Source: Bifidobacterium breve (lineage in GTDB: Bacteria > Cyanobacteriota > Cyanobacteriia > PCC-6307 > Cyanobiaceae). Taken from it: a DNA stretch of 64,000 nucleotides. The notes under the pieces are model-generated. The model had not been told where the DNA came from. It did no database searches and saw only the letters and a program-made list of their open reading frames with translations. The position numbers and the translations under genes were made by a program. Below, one piece after another: positions 29,619 through 38,809 of the stretch (position 1 is the first letter of the stretch; each line of letters starts with the position of its first letter). The stretch covers positions 5,132 to 69,131 of the forward strand of contig CALPNT020000001.1 in assembly GCA_943325005.2 (NCBI GenBank), read 5' to 3'.

Positions 29619-29984
29619 TCAGCTCTCCATCCGGATCCAGAGCACCGGCTGTCGCGCCGGTGGCAGGGGTACCAGGGCGGCCACCTGCTCCACCGGTGTG
29701 TCGCTCCAGTCGGCATGGTCGGCCACCCAGCAACTCCAGGCCCGCTGCAACCGCAAGCGCTTGCCTGGGCCGAGGGCGGCGCGGCCGCCGCCATCGGCGC
29801 CCCGACGCTGGCGAGCCTTGACTTCCACCAGCAGCAGCCGGCCCGGTTTGGCCATCACCAGGTCGATTTCGCCCCAGCGGCAGCGCCAATTGCGATCCAG
29901 CAGTTGCCAACCGCGGGCCAGCAGCAGCCGCAGCACCCGCTGCTCGGCCCAGGCCCCCTGTCGTTGCGCTTGGGTGCGGCTCAC
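29619..29984 (-). CDS. YraN-family (UPF0102) endonuclease-like protein
   Basis: GAWAEQRVLRLLLARGWQLLDRNWRCRWGEIDLVMA...LLLVEVKAR is the typical YraN core. GTG start. Confidence 0.75.
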   Translation of the reverse strand: MSRTQAQRQGAWAEQRVLRLLLARGWQLLDRNWRCRWGEIDLVMAKPGRLLLVEVKARQRRGADGGGRAALGPGKRLRLQRAWSCWVADHADWSDTPVEQVAALVPLPPARQPVLWIRMES

Positions 29985-30193
29985 GCTGGCGGACAGGTCG
30001 ACCTCTGCAGTGTTCCCGGCCCCTGCCAGGCGCTGCAGCTGGTGAACCTGCGGCCGAATCAGGCGCCAGCCGATCGCCGATCCGGGCGGCGCTGCAATGG
30101 GGTTTTGGCCTGTGGGCTCGCTGCTTTCAGACCAGCAGCGGATTGGCGCCCACGGCGACCTGCCTAGGGTTGGCTCAGCCCGTCCCTGATGCC

Positions 30194-30754
30194 ATGGCGT
30201 TGTCCACCGCGATCCTTTCCTCCTCGATCGGCGCTAACCGCAGCCAGCTCAGCCGGGGCCGGCATGGCCGGGGCTGGTTCGGCCGGAGCCTGCTCGGCCT
30301 GCTGCTGGCGAGTGTGCTGCTGCTGGGCGCCGGAGCACCGGCAGCGGCGGCGATGGACTACGCCAAACAGGTGCTGATCGGTGCCGACTTCCGCGGCGCC
30401 GACCTGCAGGCGGTGACCTTCAACCTCACCAACCTGCGCGATGCCGATTTCCACGGCGCCGATCTACGCAATGCCAGCCTGTTTGGCGCCAAGCTTCAGG
30501 ATGCCGATCTGGGTGAAGCTGATCTGCGCGATGCCACCTTGGATTCGGCCGTGTTTGATGGCACCGATCTACGTAATGCCCGCCTGGATGACGCCTTTGC
30601 CTTCAACACCAAGTTCAGCAACGTGCTGATCGAGGGCGCTGATTTCACCAATGTGCCGCTGCGGGGCGATGCCCTCAAGACGCTGTGCGCGATCGCCAGT
30701 GGCACCAATCCCAGCAGCGGCCGCGCCACCCGCGACACACTGGGTTGCGGTTGA
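30194..30754 (+). CDS. Pentapeptide-repeat protein with N-terminal export/lumenal signal
   Basis: Signal-like N-terminus with RGRHGRGW then LLGLLLASVLLLGAGAPAAAA. This is followed by about 20 A(D/N)LXX pentapeptide repeats (ADFRGADLQAVTFNLTNLRDADFHGADLRNASL...). Confidence 0.8.
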   Translation: MALSTAILSSSIGANRSQLSRGRHGRGWFGRSLLGLLLASVLLLGAGAPAAAAMDYAKQVLIGADFRGADLQAVTFNLTNLRDADFHGADLRNASLFGAKLQDADLGEADLRDATLDSAVFDGTDLRNARLDDAFAFNTKFSNVLIEGADFTNVPLRGDALKTLCAIASGTNPSSGRATRDTLGCG

Positions 30755-30774
30755 ACCCCAGGTGAGCTGGTGCC

Positions 30775-31224
30775 ATGAGCTTTGATGCCCGTAGCCGGGA
30801 ACGGCTTGAGGAGCTTGGGCGCCAGCTACCCAAGCCCCTTCCCCTACCTGAACCCGCCAGGTCCCAGACCCGCTCCGATGCACCCCGCCATGCGGTGGAA
30901 CTCGAGCAGGATCCGGAGCAGCTGTTCCGGGAGCTGATGGCCGCCAGCGCCGACGGCAATGTGCCGCCGCACCTGCTGGAACGGCTGCGGGAGCTGGAGG
31001 CTTCGCGGCGGCTGGCCCGTGCTGATGGTTTGCCCAGCCGTGGCGCCCCTGGTGCTGCCAGCACCACCGCGAGCCGCAGCGCCGACCGCGCCCCTGGCCG
31101 GCAGCGCATCCCCCGTACCGGCAACAGCCGGCCTGGCAACGCTCCATCCCGGAATGCCGAGGAGGAGTCGCTGTACACCGCTTTCCAGCAGCTGTTGCTC
31201 GAAGACGACAACCTGGCGGATTGA
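30775..31224 (+). CDS. Conserved hypothetical protein (charged, partly disordered)
   Basis: 149-aa ATG-initiated ORF with no competing gene. No family recognised. Confidence 0.5.
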   Translation: MSFDARSRERLEELGRQLPKPLPLPEPARSQTRSDAPRHAVELEQDPEQLFRELMAASADGNVPPHLLERLRELEASRRLARADGLPSRGAPGAASTTASRSADRAPGRQRIPRTGNSRPGNAPSRNAEEESLYTAFQQLLLEDDNLAD

Positions 31225-31366
31225 GCCGCGAATCGGTGCCGCATTCGTGCTGGTCCGCTGGCTGCCCTGCACCGAGAGCTCTTCTTTCACAGGACGACGG
31301 CTGGGACACGCCTGTTCTGCCGTCAGGCCCTGCAGCGCTCTGGCCTGTCGCGCCTGGCCAGGCACA

Positions 31367-32287
31367 TCAGCCGTGCTCGGGTGGCTCCAGCTGAATCGTG
31401 CTGTGGGCGATGCCGAGTTCAGCCAGCTTCTGTTTGGCCTCGTGCAGCAAGGCCATGTCGTCGATGCTGCCGGGCCGGCGCTCGAGATGGGCCGTCATCG
31501 CGTTCTGAGAAGTGCTCATGCCCCACACATGCAGATGGTGCACCTCCAGCACCCCCTGCAGGCTGCGCAACATGGCCTCCACTTGTGCCAGATCGATGCC
31601 GGCGGGCACGGCATCGAGGGCCACAACAAGAGCCTCCCGCAGCAGCTGCCAGCCACTCCAGGCCACCGCCAGCCCCACGCCGATGGCGGTGGCAGCATCA
31701 AGCCAGTTCCAGCCGCTGAAGTGCACGAGCAGGGCACTCACCAGCACGGCGGCGGACACGGCCGCATCGGTGAGCAGGTGCACCACGGCGGCGCGGCGAT
31801 TGAGATCGTGGCTGTGATCGCTGCCGAACAGGCGGGCCGAGCCCAGATTCACGATGATCCCCACCGCGGCCGCCACCGCCACCGGCCCCCCCGCCACCGC
31901 CACCGGTTCCGCCAGCCGCTGCAGTCCCTCGACGATCACCACGGCGGCGGCCATCAAGATCAGCACCGCATTGATCAGCGAGGCCAGCTGGGTGCTGCGG
32001 CCGTAGCCGTAGGTGAAGCGCGCTGTGGGCGGCCGGGTGCTGAGCCGTTCGGCGCCCCAGCCGAACAGCAGACCGGCGACATCGCCGAGATTGTGGACCG
32101 CATCGCCGATCAGGGCCAGCGAACCGAAGGCCAGGCCAATCGCCAGTTGCAGTCCCGACAGAGCGCTGTTGAGGATGATGCTCCAGCGAAAGGCCGCCGC
32201 TGAGCCACTGCGGTGCTGATGCTGGCGCGGATGGGGCTGGCGCTGCAGCTGCACCGCCGGATGGACGTGCTCGTGTCGGGTACCCAT
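31367..32287 (-). CDS. Cation diffusion facilitator (CzcD/ZitB-like) metal efflux transporter
   Basis: From ATG 32287: His-rich N-terminus, 6 TMs with HNLGD / HLLTD motifs and a C-terminal cytoplasmic domain. Confidence 0.8.
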   Translation of the reverse strand: MGTRHEHVHPAVQLQRQPHPRQHQHRSGSAAAFRWSIILNSALSGLQLAIGLAFGSLALIGDAVHNLGDVAGLLFGWGAERLSTRPPTARFTYGYGRSTQLASLINAVLILMAAAVVIVEGLQRLAEPVAVAGGPVAVAAAVGIIVNLGSARLFGSDHSHDLNRRAAVVHLLTDAAVSAAVLVSALLVHFSGWNWLDAATAIGVGLAVAWSGWQLLREALVVALDAVPAGIDLAQVEAMLRSLQGVLEVHHLHVWGMSTSQNAMTAHLERRPGSIDDMALLHEAKQKLAELGIAHSTIQLEPPEHG

Positions 32288-32295
32288 GGGAGCGA

Positions 32296-32934
32296 TCAGG
32301 TGAGCGCCTGGCGCAGGGCCACCAGACCGAAGAGCAGGAACAGGCCGCCACTGAGGCGATAGAGCAGGCGCTCGCTGATCCGACCGCCGATCCACTTGCC
32401 GGCACCCACCGCCAGCCAGGTGACCAGGGCGTGACCGGCGAGGGTGCCGGCGAGCAGGGCGCCGAAGCCGAAGCCCGGCGCCGTGGCCAGGAAGATGGTG
32501 GTGAACTGGGTGCGATCACCCAGCTCGGCGATGAACACCAGGGCGAAGGCCTCCCAGATCACAGCCCAGGGTGTGGTGATCGTCTGGCGCTGCTCCGCCT
32601 CATTCACCGCCGCCTCCGCATCCTGGGCCTCGTCGGCGGCGGCGCTACTGCCCATGGCCTGGGCGTCGATCAACAACTTGAGGCCAAAGGCCAGGAACAG
32701 CACCGCCGCCAGCCAGGGCACCAGGGCGGCGGGCAGCAGTTCCCGCAGGCCGTAGCCCAGGGCCAGGGAGATCAGGGTGACGGCCGCCAGGGCGGCAAAA
32801 GCACCGATGAACACCCAGCGGGCCCGATGCCGGGCCGCCAGGATCAGCGCCATGAAGAAGGTCTTGTCGCCCAGCTCCGCCAGGGTGATGGCGGTGAAAC
32901 TGGACCCGAAGGCCGCCAGAGAAGATTGCGCCAC
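32296..32934 (-). CDS. UPF0016/GDT1-family (TMEM165-like) putative Mn2+/Ca2+ transporter
   Basis: Two E-x-G-D-(K/R)-T motifs (ELGDKT, ELGDRT). The start is uncertain: GTG at 32934, ATG at 32991 or GTG at 33015. Confidence 0.75.
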   Translation of the reverse strand: MAQSSLAAFGSSFTAITLAELGDKTFFMALILAARHRARWVFIGAFAALAAVTLISLALGYGLRELLPAALVPWLAAVLFLAFGLKLLIDAQAMGSSAAADEAQDAEAAVNEAEQRQTITTPWAVIWEAFALVFIAELGDRTQFTTIFLATAPGFGFGALLAGTLAGHALVTWLAVGAGKWIGGRISERLLYRLSGGLFLLFGLVALRQALT

Positions 32935-33029
32935 GGCTCCAGACCTGAACTGCCCCAGCTTGCCCTGCCGATGGGGCCCTGGGCGCCACATCCGCAGCCT
33001 GCGACCACGGCGCACACAAGCCCAGTAAC

Positions 33030-33043
33030 AGTACGCTTGAACT
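33030..33043 (+). promoter_or_regulatory. Candidate LexA (SOS) box upstream of umuDC
   Basis: AGTACGCTTGAACT matches 13 of 14 positions of the cyanobacterial RGTACNNNDGTWCB motif as I recall it. It lies 31 nt upstream of the umuD ATG. Confidence 0.4.
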
Positions 33044-33074
33044 ACTGTGGCGAGGCTGCCCGCCGCGCCTGGAC

Positions 33075-33518
33075 ATGTCCTTGGTCCCGCCCTTTGAGCC
33101 AGCTGCTGAGCCTGCTTCTGCGTCAGCCCGCGAGTTCTCGGCCGCCGGTTTGCCGCTCAGCGTCGATCATCCCGCCGGCCAGCAGGGACTCGACCTGGCC
33201 CGGTTGCTGATTCGCGATCCGGCTCACACCGTGCTGCTGCGTGTGGCCGGCGATTCGATGCAGGGCGCCGGCATCCAGCACGGTGATCTGTTGGTGGTGG
33301 ATCGTGCCCGCGAGGCCCGGGCCGGATCGATCGTGGTGGCGCGCTTCGGCGGCCAGTTCACGCTCAAGCGCCTCTGCCTGGGCGCTGGCCGCCAGTGGCT
33401 GGAGGCCGCCCACCGCGACTATCCGCCGATCCCTCTGGAGCCACCGGCAGCCGCTGGCGAACACGACAACGACGTGCAGCTCTGGGGCGTGGCCGTGCAT
33501 GTGATTCGCCGTCTCTGA
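33075..33518 (+). CDS. umuD: Translesion polymerase V accessory protein UmuD (S24 peptidase)
   Basis: Catalytic Ser context (VAGDSMQGAGI) and Lys context (QFTLKRL). Immediately upstream of umuC. Confidence 0.85.
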   Translation: MSLVPPFEPAAEPASASAREFSAAGLPLSVDHPAGQQGLDLARLLIRDPAHTVLLRVAGDSMQGAGIQHGDLLVVDRAREARAGSIVVARFGGQFTLKRLCLGAGRQWLEAAHRDYPPIPLEPPAAAGEHDNDVQLWGVAVHVIRRL

Positions 33519-33524
33519 GAACCC

Positions 33525-34817
33525 ATGCCCCGCGCCACTGTGCTGATTGACGGCAACAACTTCTATGCCTCCTGCGAGGCGGTGCTCGATCCAACCGTGA
33601 TCGGTCGGCCGCTGGTGGTGCTCTCCAACAACGACGGCTGCATTGTGTCCCGCAGCGCCGAGGCGCGGGCCCTGGGCATCCCCATGGGCAGCCCCTACTT
33701 CAAGCTGCGCCAGCAGCTGCAGCGGCACGGGGTGATCGTGCGCAGCTCCAACTACGGCCTCTACGCCGACATGAGCCAGCGGCTGATGGCCACCCTGGAG
33801 GTGTGGGTGGAGGAGCTGGAGATCTATTCAATTGATGAGGCCTTCGGTCTGCTGCACCGCCCGGCAGCCACCAACGGTCAGCCGGGCGATCTGCGGGACT
33901 GGGGGCAACGCCTGCGCCAGCGGGTGCGCCGCGATCTGGGCCTGCCGGTGGCCGTGGGCATCGCCCCCACCAAGGTGCTGGCCAAGCTGGCCAACCGCAT
34001 CGCCAAGCGCGATCCGCTCCAGGGTGGTGTGTTCGACCTCGGCGCGCTCGACGACCCCAGCCCCTGGTTGGAGGCGACCGCCGTGGAGGACGTGTGGGGC
34101 ATCGGCCGCCAGCTCTCGCGCTGGTGCCGCCTGCGGGGCATTGCCGATGCCCGCACCCTGCGCGATCTGCCGCCAGGGGAGTTGCGGCGTCGCTGTGGCG
34201 TAGTGGGGCTGCGGCTGCAGCAGGAGCTGCAGGGCCACCCCTGTCTGCCGCTGGTGAGCCTGCCGCCGGCGAAGCAGGAAACCTGTGTCAGCCGCAGCTT
34301 CAGCCAGCCGGTCACCAGTCGCCAGGAGTTGCGCCAGGCGATCGCCACCTACCTGAGCCGGGCCGCCGAAAAGCTGCGGCGCCAACGGCAGCGGGCCGGG
34401 GCGATCACCGTGTTCGTGCGCAGCAGCCCTTTCGATGGCAGCAGCTTTTACAGCAATGCCGCCACCGCAGTGCTGCTGTTGCCCAGCAACGACACCAGCG
34501 TGCTGCTGGCCGCTGCCCTGCCTCTGACAGACAGCTTGTATCGCCGCCATAAACCGCTGCAGAAAGCGGGGGTGTTGCTGCAGCAGCTGCAGCCGGACAG
34601 CCTGCTGCAATATCACCTGCTGGCGCCACTGGAGCCACAACAACAACGCCGCCGCGAGGCTCTGATGGCGACTGTGGATGGGCTCAACCGCCGCTATGGC
34701 CGCGGCACCGTGCAGTGGGCCGCCTGCGGTCTGCAGCCCGTCTGGACGATGCGGCGCTCGCGGCTGTCGCGGGCAGCCACCACCCGGATCAGCGATGTGC
34801 CGGTGGTGCGGGCTTAG
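33525..34817 (+). CDS. umuC: Y-family DNA polymerase V catalytic subunit UmuC
   Basis: VLIDGNNFYASCEAVLDP...PLVVLSNNDGCIVSRS and a full-length Y-family layout. Confidence 0.88.
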   Translation: MPRATVLIDGNNFYASCEAVLDPTVIGRPLVVLSNNDGCIVSRSAEARALGIPMGSPYFKLRQQLQRHGVIVRSSNYGLYADMSQRLMATLEVWVEELEIYSIDEAFGLLHRPAATNGQPGDLRDWGQRLRQRVRRDLGLPVAVGIAPTKVLAKLANRIAKRDPLQGGVFDLGALDDPSPWLEATAVEDVWGIGRQLSRWCRLRGIADARTLRDLPPGELRRRCGVVGLRLQQELQGHPCLPLVSLPPAKQETCVSRSFSQPVTSRQELRQAIATYLSRAAEKLRRQRQRAGAITVFVRSSPFDGSSFYSNAATAVLLLPSNDTSVLLAAALPLTDSLYRRHKPLQKAGVLLQQLQPDSLLQYHLLAPLEPQQQRRREALMATVDGLNRRYGRGTVQWAACGLQPVWTMRRSRLSRAATTRISDVPVVRA

Positions 34818-35076
34818 CGCCAGCCGCCGCACCCACAGCAGCTGGGCCGCCAGATTGGGGCAGTGGGAGCACAGCAGTTGGGTGAGCAGCAGCAACACCG
34901 CCCCCAGCCATGGAAACAGTGCCGTGGTGAATCCAAGCCCCCCCTCTTCGAGGGAGTTTTTGTGGTGGATGGAATTGGCCATCACTGGATCCGGCACCGG
35001 CCTGCCTGGCGCTGGCCGGGGCGCCGCGGGGACATGCATTCGCTTCATCGCGACGAAGGCCCCAAAACAACCGGGT

Positions 35077-35385
35077 TCAGCCCGGTTCCACCGCAGGGGC
35101 CTGGGCCACGGCCGCTTCGATCATGCTGGCGCTGACGCGGATTGTCTCCAGGGCATCCTCGTTGTCGAGAAAGGCGTCGAAACTGGCATAGCGCTCAATG
35201 CGGGGCTCGGCACCCGCTGCGGCACAGGCTGCGGCCCAGTCGCCATCGTCGGGGGCCACCAGGGCATAGCAGGCGAGAGCCTCCTGCAGATCGCCACCAT
35301 CACCGATCGCCTCACCGTGCCAGTGCACCTCGTAAAAATCCTCGGCCGGGGCGCTGTCCAGCCCCTGCTCAGCGTTCATGGCCAT
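35077..35385 (-). CDS. Small acidic hypothetical protein
   Basis: 102-aa ATG ORF, 70 nt downstream of the GGDEF gene on the same strand. Strongly acidic, and no family recognised. Confidence 0.45.
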   Translation of the reverse strand: MAMNAEQGLDSAPAEDFYEVHWHGEAIGDGGDLQEALACYALVAPDDGDWAAACAAAGAEPRIERYASFDAFLDNEDALETIRVSASMIEAAVAQAPAVEPG

Positions 35386-35454
35386 CGGCGATCCTTACCA
35401 GCGGTGTTCATCGCCATCGGTGGTCATGGCAGCCGCCATCATCGGCGACCATCG

Positions 35455-36453
35455 TCAACAACCATGCAGCAGGCTGGCAATCTGATTGCGGCCATTGCTC
35501 TTGGCCAGCTCCAAAGCCCGGGAGGCGCGCTGCATCAGGTCGGCGAAGCTGTGATCAGCGCTGCCCAGGCTGGTGAGGCCGCCACTGATGTGCAACTGAA
35601 AATCCGTGTGGCTGAACACCCCCGGCAGCGCCGGTACCGCCTGGCGCAGATGGTCGGCCAGGCCCATCGCCTGGTCATGATCCATCCCCACCAGCAGCAG
35701 GGCGAACTCGCCGTCGCCGAGGCGGGCGGCAAAATCGACTTCACGCAGATAGCTGCGGCTGAGATGCACCAGATCGACTAACAACTTGTCACCGGCCGGA
35801 TGGCCCCAGCGGCTGTTCACCTGGCGCAGATTGTCAATGTCAAAGCACAGCAACGACAGGGGCTGACCCTCCTGACGGGCCCGCTTGAACTCGCGATGAC
35901 CGATGGCCAGGAAGGTGTGGCGCAGCGGCAGACCCGTGATCGGGCAAAGCATGGCGATGCGCCGCAACTCGATCTCGCGCATCACCAGCTCCGACAACAG
36001 TTGCAACTGGTGGAGCTGCTCGTTGCTGGGCTGGCGCGGCTGCTGATCGATCACGCACAGGGTGCCGAGGTTGTGGCCATCGGGGCTGTGCAGCGGCGCA
36101 CCGGCATAGAAGCGGATGTGGGGTTCATGCATCACCAACGGATTGGTGCAGAAGCGTTCATCCGCACGGGCATCGGGCACCACCAGCACCTGGTCGTCGG
36201 CGATCGCATGGGCGCAGAAGGCCATCGTGCGCGGTGTTTCGGTGGCAGCGAGGCCCTTGCGGGTCAGAAACCACTGGCGATCCTTCTCCACCAGCGAAAT
36301 CAGCGACATCGGCACCTGGAAAATCGAGCTGGCCAGCTCAACGATGCGCTCGAAATGCTCGTCGCTGGCCATGCCGATCACGCCATGGCGCTCGAGGTCT
36401 CGCAGGCGCTGATCCTCATCGGCGGGAATCGGATAGGCCGGATAGGGGGCCAC
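35455..36453 (-). CDS. GAF-GGDEF signalling protein with non-canonical GDGEF motif
   Basis: N-terminal GAF-like domain (FERIVELASSIFQVPMSLISLVEKDRQWF...FYAGAPL). The C-terminal GGDEF domain carries REVD (RxxD), then 5 residues, then GDGEF at nt 35704-35718. Confidence 0.8.
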   Translation of the reverse strand: MAPYPAYPIPADEDQRLRDLERHGVIGMASDEHFERIVELASSIFQVPMSLISLVEKDRQWFLTRKGLAATETPRTMAFCAHAIADDQVLVVPDARADERFCTNPLVMHEPHIRFYAGAPLHSPDGHNLGTLCVIDQQPRQPSNEQLHQLQLLSELVMREIELRRIAMLCPITGLPLRHTFLAIGHREFKRARQEGQPLSLLCFDIDNLRQVNSRWGHPAGDKLLVDLVHLSRSYLREVDFAARLGDGEFALLLVGMDHDQAMGLADHLRQAVPALPGVFSHTDFQLHISGGLTSLGSADHSFADLMQRASRALELAKSNGRNQIASLLHGC

Positions 36454-36522
36454 GGAGTTACTCCCTGCAGGGTTTCAGGTTAGGCGCGACCATGCCCTCA
36501 CAGCGGCCTCGGCGTGAAAAGC

Positions 36523-38718
36523 TCAAGCCGCTGCCGGAGTCAGAATCTCGTCATAACCGGCGCAGCGACGCTGATCAAGATCCTGCAGATAGCGGCGCTC
36601 GCTGTAATAAGCCTCCTGGAACCGCAACGCATCGGCGTTGAGTTCGCTGAACAGCGCCTCGATGCGCAGTTCCATCGACAGCGTTGGATCGCGGGAGGGC
36701 AGGGATGCGGCCAACGGCAACTCCGTCAAGGACAAGGCCGCTGAGGCCAGCAGCGGTTCGCCATCGGTGCCGAGCCGCTCCAGCTGCAGCAGCGTCGCCA
36801 GACAGTGCTCCAGGCTGCGCAGCCGCTGCGAACCCCAGGCATCGAGCAGATGGCGGCAGCGTTTTTCGGTGGCCAGCCTCGCCCGCACAGCGATTGCCCC
36901 GCGCAGCAGCAGCAGGGGCTGGGTCAGCGACAACCGCTGCACCTCGGTGGGCTGCAGCAGCGGGGTGAGCCGGGGCAGAAGCTCGTTGCCCTCGATCAGC
37001 AGCCGATCGAACAGCAGTCGTGGCAGATCGAGATCGGCCAGATCATGGCCCGGATCCAGGCCGCGACTGATCGCCTCCAGCCGACCGGCCCCGAGATTGT
37101 CTTCCTCCAGTTCGGAGATCGCCGCCCAGAGCCGGCGGTGGGGCTGCAGGGCGAAATCCTCCTGCTCCCATTGGCGCAATTGCTGGCGCATGGCAGCGCG
37201 ATCGCGGCCGCAATGGAGATAAAGGCGCAGCAGATCCGCCTCAGCCCGCTCCTGGACTGTGGCGGCTCCGGGCTGCTCCCAGCGGGTGGAGCGTCCGTGC
37301 CAGCGCTGGCCCTTCACCTGCTGGCGCAGGTCGTCCTCGAGGCTCTGGGCCAGGCGCGCCTGGCCGCCGGAGAGCCGTTCGGCAACCTGCTGCAGATAGC
37401 GACTGCGCACGGCGCTCTGCGGCAACTTGCCCAGCAGGGCCACCAGGGCCGAGACAGCCTGCTGGAACTGATCAGAGTGGGCCAGATCCCGGCCTTCCAA
37501 CACCTGGTCGATCTGCCAGTCGAGCCAGAGGGGAGAGCCATCGAGCAGGGCGCGATACTCCCCGGCCCCGTGCTGCTTGAGGAACTCATCAGGATCCTTG
37601 CCGGCGGGCAACTGCAGCACCCGCAGCTCCAGCTGACCCTGCAACGCCAGCTGCTCCACCTCGCCGATGGCTCGCTGGGCCGCGCGCACGCCGGCGCCAT
37701 CACTGTCGAAGTTGAGAATCAACCGTTTGCTGTCGCAGCAGCGGCACAACTGGGTGATCTGCTGGCTGCTCAGGGCCGTGCCCAGGGCTGCCACCGAATT
37801 GGTGATGCCAGCGGCATGGAGGGCGATCACATCGAAATAGCCCTCCACCACCACGGCCCGATCGTCCTTGCGGATGGCCTCGGCGGCCCGATCGAGTCCA
37901 AACAGGTGCTTGCCCTTTTCAAACACCTCCGTTTCCGGTGAGTTGAGGTATTTGGGTTCGGCGCCATCGAGGCTGCGGCCGCCGAAGCCGATCACCCGCC
38001 CCTGCCGATCCCGGATCGGCACCATCAGCCGATGACGAAAACGGTCGTAAAAGCCATCGCCGCCCTTGCGCGCCACCACCAGGCCGGCAGCCTCCAGCAA
38101 CTCCGGGCCCAGCCCCTCCACCAGCTGCAGATGGCGCAGCAGACCATCCCAGCGCTCCGGGGCATAGCCGAGCGCAAAGGCCTCGATGGTGGGTTCGGCC
38201 AGAGCGCGAGCTTCCAGCAGGTAGGTGAGGGCGCCGGCCCCTTCCGCCGAGCGCAGGCAGGTCTGGAACCAGCCGGCCGCCAGGGCCAGCACCCGGTGCA
38301 GCTGCTCCCGACGCGATAGCTGCTGACGCAGCCGCTCCTGCTGGGGACCATCGAGGGTTTCCACCGGCAGCTGATATTTGCGCGCCAGTTCCAGCACCAC
38401 GTCAGCGAAGCTGAGCCGCTGGTACTCCATCAGGAACTTGATGGCGTTGCCGCCGGCGCCACAGGAGAAGCAGTAATAAAACTGCTTGGCCGGTGACACC
38501 GTCATCGACGGCTTGCTGTCGTCGTGGAAGGGGCAAATGCCGACAAACTCACGCCCCTTTTTATTGAGCACCACGTGCTCCCCCACCACATCAACAATGT
38601 CGGCCCGTTCCTTGACGGCTTCGATCGTGCGGGGGTGGAGACGAGGAAGGGACAGGGGAGAACGGGTGCGCGGTGGACCACCACCCCTGGTGGGGGCGTT
38701 TCCACCATTGTGGACCAT
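36523..38718 (-). CDS. dnaG: DNA primase
   Basis: Zinc ribbon (CPFHDDSKPSMTVSPAKQFYYCFSCGAGG), TOPRIM (VVVEGYFDVIAL) and a C-terminal helicase-interaction region. ATG at 38718 is proposed because the track ORF (to 39009) would overlap the divergent EamA gene. Confidence 0.88.
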   Translation of the reverse strand: MVHNGGNAPTRGGGPPRTRSPLSLPRLHPRTIEAVKERADIVDVVGEHVVLNKKGREFVGICPFHDDSKPSMTVSPAKQFYYCFSCGAGGNAIKFLMEYQRLSFADVVLELARKYQLPVETLDGPQQERLRQQLSRREQLHRVLALAAGWFQTCLRSAEGAGALTYLLEARALAEPTIEAFALGYAPERWDGLLRHLQLVEGLGPELLEAAGLVVARKGGDGFYDRFRHRLMVPIRDRQGRVIGFGGRSLDGAEPKYLNSPETEVFEKGKHLFGLDRAAEAIRKDDRAVVVEGYFDVIALHAAGITNSVAALGTALSSQQITQLCRCCDSKRLILNFDSDGAGVRAAQRAIGEVEQLALQGQLELRVLQLPAGKDPDEFLKQHGAGEYRALLDGSPLWLDWQIDQVLEGRDLAHSDQFQQAVSALVALLGKLPQSAVRSRYLQQVAERLSGGQARLAQSLEDDLRQQVKGQRWHGRSTRWEQPGAATVQERAEADLLRLYLHCGRDRAAMRQQLRQWEQEDFALQPHRRLWAAISELEEDNLGAGRLEAISRGLDPGHDLADLDLPRLLFDRLLIEGNELLPRLTPLLQPTEVQRLSLTQPLLLLRGAIAVRARLATEKRCRHLLDAWGSQRLRSLEHCLATLLQLERLGTDGEPLLASAALSLTELPLAASLPSRDPTLSMELRIEALFSELNADALRFQEAYYSERRYLQDLDQRRCAGYDEILTPAAA

Positions 38719-38809
38719 CCCACCACCGATGGGGCGTGGCCTGCCCAGGGGGCGTGGAGTGGGAGCGTTGTCGAGGCGACTGGAGGCTCCGCTGGCGCAG
38801 GCACAGGAG

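Noticed and set aside
33828-35048. A 406-aa minus-strand ORF covering the whole of umuC.
   Set aside because: It is antisense to a well-supported Y-family polymerase gene. Only its first 40 or so codons (in the intergenic part) look protein-like. That part is reported separately as a low-interest observation.
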